From Octopus sinensis (lineage: Eukaryota), in contig NC_043004.1 of NCBI RefSeq assembly GCF_006345805.1, positions 94,860,001 to 94,924,000 of the forward strand: a DNA stretch of 64,000 nucleotides, given 5' to 3'. The notes below the pieces were generated by a model. It made no database searches, was not told the origin of the DNA, and saw only the letters and a list, made by a program, of their open reading frames with translations. A program made the position numbers and the translations under genes. Below are positions 53,590 through 64,000 of this stretch, one piece after another; within the stretch, counting starts at the first letter, position 1; each line of letters opens with the position of its first letter.

Positions 53590-54335
53590 GGCATAAGATC
53601 AGCATATTCGGGGAAGTCGATTACATTAACCTCAGTGCTAACTTGGTATTTATTTCCTCGGTGGAATTTGAACTAAGAATGTAAAGCCGGGACGAAATGC
53701 CGCCGAGTGTTTAACTCGGCGTGCTAACGATTCTGCCAAGCTTACCGCCTTCCATGCAACTACAATTATCGCTTTCAAATCTTGGCACAAGGCCAGCAAT
53801 ATCGCGGAGAGGGTAAATTGGTTACATCAACACCAGTGCTCAAGCGGTACTTATTTTATAAGTACCACCGAAAGGATGAAAGGCAATTTGAACTCAGAAC
53901 GCGAAGGACGAAATACGTATTTCTTTACTGCCCACAAGGGGCTAAACACAGAGGGGACAAACAAGGACAGACACACGGATTAAGTCGATTACATCAACCC
54001 CAGTGCGTAACTGCTACTTATTTAATCGACCCCGAAAGGATGAGAGGCAAAGTCGACCTCGGCGGAATTTGAACTCAGAACGTAGCGGCAGGCGAAATAT
54101 CTATTTCTTTACAACCCACTAAAGGCTAAACACAGAGGAGACAAACAAGGACAGAGACACGAATTAAGTCGATTACATCGACCCCAGTGCGTAACTGATA
54201 CTTAATTTTTCGACCCCGATAGAATGAAAGGCAAAGTCGACCTCGGCGGAATTTGAACTCAGAATGTAACGGCAGACGAAATACGGCTACGCATTTCGCC
54301 CGGCGTGCTAACGTTTCTGCCAGCTCGCCGCCTTC
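53590..54335 (-). mobile_element. Head-to-tail array of four SINE family B copies
   Basis: Four successive reverse-complement B bodies. Confidence 0.85.
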
Positions 54336-54602
54336 CATGTAAATATTACTAACATTTATTTTTAAATTTTGTTTTTAATGATTACACGGTTAATGATAGA
54401 ACTATCTTAAAAACTGAGTCTCACCCTAACGCTCGATCAGTTATTAATAAAAAAAATATACGATTGAATAGAATATTTAACCAATACGAGATAGTATACT
54501 TTCACATTGTTACTAAGTTCTGTTATTATAAAAATCAATATGAACAAGCGTCGTTATAGGTGTTTGCGTCTGTGTGTGTGTATCCAATTTTTTCTTTCAT
54601 TC

Positions 54603-54663
<61 letters not shown>

Positions 54664-55009
54664 CTTCCCTTTGTCACGTGAAAAATCACAGCAAGCAAGA
54701 TATACATTATTCAATGCTTGTCAACAGTTTTTTTCTTTATTGTTCACTCAAGAAGGCAAAGTGCCCATAATCCTTGTAAGTATTCCTGGATTGTGGGGTT
54801 TTAAAAATGGTTGATATTTAGTTTGAATATCTTGTAGATTAGTGACTGTCGAAGAGACATTGCAGATAGGGAATTCCAGTTGAATGTAACCTTAGAAAGA
54901 ATGGTTCGGCACGATGTTTAGTGCCGGGTCAGAACTGTTAAGTATTGTAGTAACAATGGGAGTTGGGTTTGCAATTTCATAGTTCAGGGGATCAGATCCC
55001 AATATTGAT

Positions 55010-55435
55010 GCAAGGAACGGAGCTTGCAGCGAGTTTGCGCGCTGGGCAAAATGCTTAGCAGCATTTTCTCCCTCCTTACGTTCTAAGTTCGAATTCCGCC
55101 GTGGTCGACTTCGCCTTTCATCCTTTTGGTTTCGATAAAATAAGTAGCAGTTAAACACTGGGGTCAATTTAATCGACTTAACCCTCCTTCCAAAGCTGCA
55201 GAGCTTGTGCTATAATTTGAAACCAATATTCTTCTCTACTCGAGGCAGAAGGCCCAAAATTTTGGGGAAGGGTGTCCAGTCGATTAGATCGACCACTACG
55301 CGTAACTGGTACTTAATTTATCGACCCTGAAAGGATGAAAGGCAAAGTTGACCTCGACAGAATTTGAACTCAGAACGTAAAGACAGATGAAATACCGCTA
55401 AGCATTTCGTCCGGCGTGCTAACGTTTCTGCCAAG
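55010..55435. mobile_element. Two SINE family B copies, tail-to-tail
   Basis: Plus-strand copy at about 55010-55230 and minus-strand copy at about 55240-55435. Confidence 0.8.
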
Positions 55436-56539
55436 GCAAAAAAGAAAGAAAGTAGGTGATAGGCACAAATCTTGGGGTACTCCAAACTTGATAGAATCTG
55501 AATAAGAGGAAAATGGCTACTGTATAAGATCTGGCAGAAAACCTGCACTCTGAGATAAAGTACCTTATGATAGCAATTTAACTAAAAGGTTCTTGTGCGA
55601 AACATGAGCAAATGTTTTGCTGATGCCATGAACAATATTGCTTTGATTGAACTTCTTAAAGATGGGGCGTCGTGGCTGTATGACATCGAAGAACAGGTTT
55701 CTTATGTATTTAGTTCCTCGGAAATAGAACAAGTGGTCATGGAGAATGAAAATAGATTCAACGTAGCGAAAGGTTTCTTAAAAGATGTTTCCATCAACAG
55801 AAACTTGATGACAGAAATAGTTTGAAGTGTGAAAAATAAACAAGCATCTGGTGGAGTCGGAGTAGCTTCCCTTCTTAGAAGCTAAAACAAGTAAAATGAA
55901 GGAAAGGAAATTTCGGAACGAGTTACGTTGCTTGCGTGTATAGAGTTTGAAGATAAAAGTAAAACGAACTGCGAATTTGGTGATTCTATGCATAGAACTG
56001 CTCATTGTTGATGGGTTACAAAAACAAATTATTTAAAGATTGACTGGTAAGAATATTCAGCAGTATTGATGAAAATTTTCTTGACAAAGCATTGGTGCAA
56101 TTTGGAAAACAAGCAGTGTGATGTACGAAGAATTCTTTTGACTTACTGGTAGTCGTTTGGTAAGTCAAATCGTACCAAAGGCTCTTTAGAGTAAAATCCC
56201 CCAAGTTGGGCTTGTAGTTCATGCGAACACTTCTGTGTTGTAGATACTATTATGTGTACTGCTGCAGTACAACTCCAAGGTAGCACTACAGGGTTTGAGG
56301 TTGTAGGATTTTAATATACGAATTATGCAGAGGGAAAGGACTAAGAGAATAGTTTCGATCACAAGTATAGCCTCTCCTGGATGAATTAGGATCGAATCAC
56401 ATTTATTGCTAACAATATCAACATAGTTGTTAGAACTCCTTAAAATGACATCCAAATTTTCCTTCAAATCACACTCAGCCTTCTTAAAAGTCGTTATTAA
56501 AAATGCAATTAGTTGATGTTAAACATAGTAGTAATAATA

Positions 56540-56574
<35 letters not shown>

Positions 56575-56594
56575 TAATATGATGATGAGGATGA

Positions 56595-57290
56595 TGATTA
56601 TGATGATGGCTAATAAGTCGGCATTACAATATCAAAACTGCCGACAAGTGGTATAATCACCACCCTGAGGCTGTAACTGAAGGAGAAAATGTAACCATTC
56701 TGTGGGACTTTCCAGTACATACAGACCGAACCATCAAGGCCAATAAACCAGATATTGTTGTGAAAGACCAAAACAATAAAGTTTGCTTATTGATCGACAT
56801 GAGCATCCCCTGTGATCATAATATCTCAGCGAAAGAGTTTGACAAGCTCAGAAAATATAAAGACTACTACATTGAAATTGAGAAAATGTGGCATGTTGGC
56901 AAGGCGGTTACAATACCAGTGATCGTAGGAGCACTAGGAATGATCAAGAAGGGAACCGAAAATTATATGAGAATGATCCTGGCTTACCATCCCTGCAAGA
57001 AGTGCAAAAGATTGTCTTAACTGGTACATCACACGTATTGAGAAGAGCATTGTCGATGTGAGAACTGTTGCTGCTCATGTATTTTAATTTTAATTTAACT
57101 TTAAAAAAAAAAATTAAAAAAATTAAAAAAAAAAAAAATGAACGAACTACTGAGTTTGGTTTAATGGCCTACCAATATACACTATGAGTTTCTTTGCCCT
57201 AGGAGTCGGGAAGACACTCGGCAAGAAATGGAAGAAAATTTGAAAGAAGAAAAAAAAAAGTAATAATAATAATAATAATAATAAAGGATG
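56595..57290 (+). mobile_element. 3' fragment of a second R4/Dong-type element (RLE domain) in (AAT)n
   Basis: ILWDFPVHTDRTIKANKPDIVVKD..CLLIDMSIP..KLRKYKD..IVGALG. Preceded by (AAT)n(GAT)n and ends in (AAT)n. Confidence 0.85.
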
Positions 57291-57979
57291 TTTGTTCAAT
57301 AAGAGCCGATTATAGGCTAAACAGGAACAATAATAGCTGTAGTTGGTAAAGAATTGGTGAGATCCGATCAAATAGATAGCTGAGAACTAATGCATCATTC
57401 GAAGAGAAATGTATGCTATGCAAAAGAATAATGTAGGTCTAGGTCTGTTTCTTTGAAAATACATTGATCAGTCGACTGCTAAAGTTAGGAAGGGTAATGG
57501 CTGGATAAAGACTAGGTTTCGAAGAAAGAAAATTCGTGTTTCAGAAGTATGTCACTTGAGACTACGGTTAAGTACGAAAATTATCTGGTGCGAACAATTC
57601 AAAAAGCAGTATTATTCAGAATAACATCTATAGTATAGATGTGTTTGTCATTAACGTTTTCCTGTGTGATTTTGCTTTGTGTTGTGCGATGTTGCGTATT
57701 GGAATTGCTCCATTATAGTCAAGATATGTGGACGTATAGCCTTACTCGTATTGGGTATTAAGGGAAAAACTAGAAAACAATTTCGTACTGAAATTCATCA
57801 TCCAGAACCATACAATTAAAGTATTAGAAGACAACACGCTCATATACCACAGAATTTCAAACAGAAACTGATGATAAATGATTGAAGCAATACTTATAAT
57901 ACAGCACAATGTCAAAATAAAAACAGACAACATACGCTAGTTACAAACAAAAAGAAACAACTAAATGATAGAATATAGA

Positions 57980-58373
57980 CTAGCAGTATCGCCCGGCCTT
58001 GCTCGGGTTTGTAAGGGAAATAACTATATAAGCATTTTTAGAGATGTAAAGTATAATAGCCATCTCAATATGGCTAACCACAAAGGGGGGTATTACTGTA
58101 GCTTTTTACCTTCTGAGATTTAATAATACATTTTTAGAGAGTTACTTCTCTTATATAATAGCAAAAAAATGCATTAAAAATGGGAAAAAATAATGGTAAA
58201 TTTTTTTTAAATCGTAGACTCATCGTAGACGCGCGCTAATACCAAGAAGGGCTCGATATGAATCACGACTATAAGATACCCACTTTTGGTTACACTGCAC
58301 CACAAAATGTGGGAGGAGTTAGGAATCTAAATCGTAGGAGACAGACACACAACTTCACTTTTATATATAAAGA
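57980..58373 (-). mobile_element. Non-autonomous Helitron
   Basis: Minus strand starts A|TCTTTATATATAAAAG and ends with the subterminal hairpin CCCGAGCAAGGCCGGG followed by CTAG|T. Confidence 0.75.
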
Positions 58374-58633
58374 TATAACAGCTAAATTCAGATTTTGGCG
58401 GTAATATCTATATCAGTTCACATTGGATTTACCAGCCTCCCAAAATAAAAAGAAAGTAGCGGAAAACACCATTAATACTTCTACTTCAAGATGATCCTTT
58501 TAAGGCCTTGCTATGCCCTTAAAGGATTTAGGATGTTAATGTACAAACAAACTATAAGGAAATCATACAAAATTATGCGAGAAAAGTTTATAAAAATGGA
58601 TGAGAACAGCAACGTATAAAAATTCAATACATA

Positions 58634-59051
58634 GGCGCAGGAGTGGCTGTGTGGTAAGTAGCTTGTTTACCAACCACATGGTTCCGGGTTCAGTCCCACT
58701 GCGTGGCACCTTGGGCAAGTGTCTTCTACTATAGCCTCGGGCCGACCAAAGCCTTGTGAGTGGATTTGGTAGACGGAAACTGAAAGACACCCGTCGTATA
58801 TATGTATATATATATATATATATATATGTGCGTGTGAGTGTTTGTGTGTCTGTGTTTGTCCCCTTAGCATTGCTTGACAACCGATGCTGGTGTGTTTATG
58901 TCCCCGTTACTTAGCGGTTCGGCAAAAGAGACCGATAGAATAATTACTGGGCTTACAAAAGAATAAGTCCCGGGGTCGAGTTGCTCGATTAAAGGCGGTG
59001 CTCCAGCATGGCCGCAGTCAAATGACTGAAACAAGTAAAAGAGTAAAAGAG
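58634..59051 (+). mobile_element. SINE family A, full length
   Basis: Family A consensus. Confidence 0.9.
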
Positions 59052-59685
59052 TATATATACATGTATGTGTGTGTGTGTGTGCGCGCTTGGACTTTGGGCA
59101 TATGTCTATTAGCATATTGATTAAAGAACTTTCGCCGATTGAGCTACCTGATGTCATCCACAGTAACGATATAATTTTCACTGGATCTATGTCACTAGAT
59201 CAGGAAATCCGTTACGTTTTTTGAGTTTGTAGTTGATAAAGGAAACGAAAGATGGATTAATTTCGAATCTTTACTCATCACGACGATCGTTTCAACCCAT
59301 CCTGCATCTGTAGCATAGGGGTAGGATACTGTGCATCTGGCTGTGTTGCATTAATAAGTGCAGGCTATGTCACTTCAGATACTTGGTGTAAAAAATGATA
59401 CTCTACTAGATATACTGAGTTCTCCTTGGCATGTTGCTCAGGATAGTTGTACAATGATACACTGACAGCGGATACGATAAGTTTGGAGTTGTACCGGCGA
59501 ATGGGACTGGCTGTAGTTAACCATGAGCATATATCATGATTTAGTTCATAAATGATAAAGAATATAAGCTGTCGAAGAAAGTTAAGATTAAGAAGGATGG
59601 TTATACACTCTTTAACATGAATACATATATAGACGTACATATATACACATGGTCCTTTTTTTCTCCTTGTTTTTTTTCTGTGTCC

Positions 59686-59721
59686 CTTTCTGTAGAAGAA
59701 TGTAGGCTCGAAACGTAAAAG
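59686..59721 (+). ncRNA. Hammerhead-like motif with CUGUAGA core, in a repeat at 59640-59810
   Basis: CTTT-CTGTAGA-A-GAAT-GTAG-GCTC-GAAA-C-GTA-AAAG; stem II is weakened. Confidence 0.45.
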
Positions 59722-59809
59722 ACTTTTTCTATTCCTGAGCGTTATACTAATACATGTGTTTGTTTTGTACATCACCTGTCTTTATCTTTGTTTTCTCGTA
59801 AACTTCCCC

Positions 59810-59896
<87 letters not shown>

Positions 59897-60312
59897 CACA
59901 TGCATGCATACATACATACATACATATATGTATGTATGTATGTATGTGTATGTATATATGTATGTATGTGTGTATACATGTTTGCAAGTATGTATGTATG
60001 TATGTATAGATAGACAGACAGGCAGACAGACAGATAGATAGATAGATACACTCAGACGTATATGTGTGTATATGTCGGACGAGATGCTTGTAATGACATA
60101 TATCACAGTATAATTTTTTTTACACAACACTTCTAAGTTTGCTTGGGAAACATTTCAAAATTTCAGATTCCAGAATTCCTAGCCTACTCCAAATGAAATA
60201 AATCAATTACTAATTAGAAGGAAGAAAAAACAGTGTAGATAATGAATTAAATAATACCAAACCTTGAAGGGAATGTGGTTTGATGTTTCAAGCTATTTTC
60301 TTCCTTTCCTCC

Positions 60313-60361
<49 letters not shown>

Positions 60362-60724
60362 GCGTCCTATATTCGTTTTATTTTTCTGCCATATTTTCGA
60401 AATATATCAATCATCTCTATCATCTTTGATCATTTCATAATTCATAGGAATCTATTTGATAAAAAGTAACTCGTTATACACGTAAACAAAATGTGTATAT
60501 GAATATAAAAGAAATATGAAGAGCAAAAGCGAATTAAAATAAACTAATAGAAGGGAAAATTGAATATTTCTTTAGCTGTTCCTGCCAGTGTTTTATCTTT
60601 TCTTATCTTATCATTCACATTGTTCGAGGTTCATAGTCTGGCCACATCTATTAGCAATTACTGATACCTCCAGGTGCTCCAGTTTCTCAAATGATTCACA
60701 TCTAATATACATACATATTTTTAG

Positions 60725-60882
60725 CAGGGACGTGACTGCGTGGTAAGAAGTTTATTTTCCAACCACATGGTTCCGGGTTCAGTCACACTACGTGACACTT
60801 TGGGTGAGTGTCTTTAACTATAGCTTCGGGTCAACCAAAGCTCTGTCAGTGGATTTGGTAGACGGAAACTGAAAGAAACCTG

Positions 60883-60915
<33 letters not shown>

Positions 60916-61251
60916 AAATATTGAATTTCTAAATCTCTCGTAGAGACATGATAATCAGTGAATAGACTTCACTGAATATAGATATATACAAATACGAAGT
61001 CGAGGCAAATATCACCGGCTGACCGGTGTCTGCTACTCTAGGCCGATGAAGGACGACGATCCTGAAACACGTGTCCCTAGATGCAGTTCCGGCAGCCGGG
61101 GGTGTTTGTCTCCCCTTGGTAAATGTATATAAGGACACAGGGAAAAATGTGTCAAAGCCATCAGGAGGCGTTCGATGCTTCCTAGGGCTATACAGCGGTG
61201 GTGTTCCCCCTACTGTCACGTTCTTGTTAGATTGACAGTATACAACCATTC

Positions 61252-61282
<31 letters not shown>

Positions 61283-61430
61283 ATATATATATGCATACAC
61301 ACACACTATATATGTGTGTATCTGTGTGTGCATGTGTATGTTTGCCAACCGGTTCGGCGAAAAAGATTGATAGAATAAGTACAAGACTTTAAAAAATATA
61401 AATACTGGGTTCGATTAGAGGTTGTGTTAA
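60725..61430 (+). mobile_element. Diverged SINE family A split at its internal (AT)n by a hammerhead-bearing insert (about 60920-61250)
   Basis: 5' half at 60725-60890 and 3' half at about 61320-61430. Confidence 0.65.
61037..61081 (+). ncRNA. Type I hammerhead ribozyme motif, CCGAUGA core, GUC site
   Basis: TCTAGG-CCGATGA-AGGA-CGACGA-TCCT-GAAA-CACGT-GTC-CCTAGA. All three stems pair perfectly and stem III is the palindrome ACACGTGT. Confidence 0.88.
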
Positions 61431-61483
61431 CCTCTTGAAGGAATGGTTTCATCCAAGGAAAAATACTGGTTCAAGTGTATATA

Positions 61484-61554
<71 letters not shown>

Positions 61555-61555
<1 letters not shown>

Positions 61556-61750
61556 TGAACCAGTATTTCCTTGGATGAAACGTGGAGTAGATGAAACAGG
61601 GACAACTGATGAAGGGGAATATTCTTTATGTTGCATGTCTCGTTTGTCTGTTTTTTTCGATGTTCGAAAAAAAGTTCGTTTCTACGTTTTTGTTTTTATG
61701 TTTTCGTTTCTCATTGTGTTCAACGTTTTTGATGTCCTGTACCCATATAA
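61555..61750. repeat. T-rich unclassified repeat in (AT)n
   Basis: Contains GAAACGTGGAGTA...GGGACAACTGATGAAGGG, the same layout as the 29130 and 29880 copies. Confidence 0.45.
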
Positions 61751-61764
61751 GTATGTATATATAT

Positions 61765-61835
<71 letters not shown>

Positions 61836-61929
61836 TATATATATACATATACACAAACACGCATGCACATTTACATACAGATACACACACAGACTCGCAT
61901 ATGTATAAACATGACAAAAAATATTGCAG

Positions 61930-63800
61930 TTACAATTAGAAATGACTGTGCCAAATATTGAAGATGCAATGAACTGTATGCAACAAAGAGTATGCCTCCC
62001 TTGAAAGATATTAGTGATATACCCGAATGGGTTTATTACCAGCATTTACCCGCATCGACTTAAAGACCTAAAATAATTTCAAAGCCAACTTCATGGGTGT
62101 TGTGGCGAGAGCACGATACCTGACGAGAATAGACGGGACCACTACATATAAATAGTAGCGGTCTGACGTAGTCGGCAATTCGACACAAGAAAAAGAAAAT
62201 TCATACACGTAAAAATAAATGGTGTAAATATTAAACTACAGTTCGATATGAATAGTGATATTTCAATCATAAATGCGGATACATGAACAAAAATTGGGAA
62301 ACCGAGGTTACGTAAAACAGCGAAAATTGTTCGTGGCGTGACTGGCGATAAATTACATTTCATGGACGAAATGTATCCAGACGTCACATTTCGAGGAGAA
62401 ATCTGTTTGGTACAGCCTGGTTCGAGTTATTTGACTTATGGCACCTCCCCATAAGTTTCTACTACAAGGGCATAATTGGTTATCACGTTACAAATAAATC
62501 GTCTGAGGAATTGAAGAGAAAATTTGAAAAACAAACGATGCTTCCTCAAGTACTATCGGACTTAGTTCTATGTAAAAAGACTGAAGCCTGCTTTCAAGTA
62601 AAAACGCTGTGCCTGTATTTAAATCTAACAGAAAAGTACCGTTCGCGGTAATTGAAATCATAAATGAAGAGTTGGACAGACAGGAAAAGAGTGGAATCAC
62701 CAAAAAGGTGGATTACTCTAAATGGGCGGCGCCCACAGTGTGCATTAAAGAGAAAAATAATAAGATTAGTCTGTGTGCCGATTTTTCTACAGGACTGAAC
62801 GACTGCTTAGAGACTAGACGCCATCAACTCCTGATTCCAGAGAACATTTTCGTAAAATTAAATAGTGGAAGAATTTTCTCCAAAATGGATCTGTCTGACG
62901 CTTATTTACAGATTGACGTAAATGACAAATGCTCAAAGTGTTTGACAATAAATACACAAAGATTGTACATATACCGGATGTTTTCCTTTTGAACGGCAGT
63001 TTGTAACATAATTTCTAGGTAACTAAAAAGTTTTAAACTTCGTATACTGGTAGAATGTGTTTATAAAACATCATTTTCTCTTGGTTTTATTGAGAAAATT
63101 CTATAGTTTGTAAGATATTTCGTCTGAAGATCCGAGTATTTCGGCAATTTTAACCAATCGATTACCTCCATTCAACTAAAATCATTTGCTGCGTCTAAAA
63201 CTGAGACAAAATCCTGTAACTAACCCTAACCCCCCCCCCCCTCTAACAACATCCTGTAACTAACCCTAAACCTCCCCCTAACCCTAGGGTTAGGAGGAGG
63301 TTTAGGGTTAGTTACAGGATGTCTCAGTTTTAGACGCAGCAAATGATTTTAGCTCAAAAGAGGGCATAGTATTGGTTAAAATTCGAAAAATTAAACTACG
63401 TTAAGCAAATAAATTACAATTTTCTCAAGAAAGCCAAGAGAAAAAAAATGTTTTATTTTGACACATTCTACCAGTATACGAAATTTTAAAGTGTTTAGTT
63501 AACTAAAAATTGTCTGCCGTTCAAAAGGAAAAGATCCCATATACCCGGTTACCTTTTGGGTTAAAGCTCGCTCAGGCAATATTTCAGCAAATCATGAACG
63601 TTATGTTATCTGATTGTGAATTTGCAATCCCTTATTTGGACGATATATTGATTAAGAATAATTCGTGTGAACAGTATGTGGAGTATATAAAAGCTGTGTT
63701 CAAGAAAATTAAAGAGTACGGATTCACTTTGAGTGAAGAAAGTTTCGAATTCTTTTTTCCTCAAATTAGGTACTTAGAGAGAGCAAATGATTGATAAAAA
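61930..63800 (+). pseudogene. Ty3/Gypsy pol remnant (protease and RT) interrupted by a fold-back transposon
   Basis: KINGVNIKLQFDMNSDISII (decayed protease), KWAAPTV..LCADF..FSKMDLSDAYLQ, then YTRLPFG..FQQIM..YLDDILI after the insertion. Confidence 0.85.
62976..63537. mobile_element. 562-bp fold-back DNA transposon with an 8-bp TSD and telomere-like repeats at its centre
   Basis: Termini GGATGTTTTCCTTTGAACGGCAG and CTGCCGTTCAAAAGGAAAAGATCC. TSD CATATACC at 62968-62975 and 63538-63545. Centre TAACCCT|AGGGTTA at 63279-63292. Confidence 0.88.
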
Positions 63801-63804
63801 TGGC

Positions 63805-64000
63805 AGAATCGTTAGCACGCTGGGCAAAATGCTTAGCGGCATTTCTTACATTCTGAGTTCAAATTCCACTTAGTACGACTTTGCCTTTCATCCTTCGGGG
63901 TCGATGAAATTGGTACCAGTTACGCACAGGTGTCGATGTAATCGACTTGTCTCCTTCCCCAAAATTTCAGGCCTTCTGCCTGTAACAGAAATGATTATTA
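63805..64000 (+). mobile_element. SINE family B, diverged
   Basis: GGCAGAATCGTTAGCACGCTGGGC...GAGTTCAAATTCC...CTTTGCCTTTCATCC. Confidence 0.8.

Noticed and set aside
63120-63150. CTGAAGA followed by a CCGA/TCGG hairpin
   Set aside because: It is followed by CAA instead of GAAA and is absent from the opposite arm.
63212-63320. Possible telomere-fusion scar
   Set aside because: Wrong repeat orientation, very short, and enclosed by TIRs and a TSD.

Overview
Repeat-saturated, AT-rich animal genomic DNA. The repeat content suggests an octopus-like cephalopod, which is an inference. I found no intact cellular protein-coding gene. Most long ORFs in the supplied track are translations of (AT)n, (CA)n, (CATA)n, (ATC)n, (AAT)n or (GAA)n microsatellites. 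The rest is made of three tRNA-derived SINE families in many copies and decayed transposons: RTE LINEs, R4/Dong-type RLE retrotransposons, a Penelope-like RT fragment, a Ty3/Gypsy remnant, Helitrons, a Chapaev/CMC-like element, mariner fragments and two MITE/foldback elements. The main observation is not visible in the ORF track: about 14 type I minimal hammerhead-ribozyme motifs from roughly 8 unrelated short repeat families. Four families occur as fold-back palindromes that all share the same polarity. One pair carries a compensatory U3-A8 core and one family carries U instead of the conserved A6 in all three copies. All ribozyme calls come from manual base-pairing and none is tested for activity. 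Boundaries of decayed elements are approximate.
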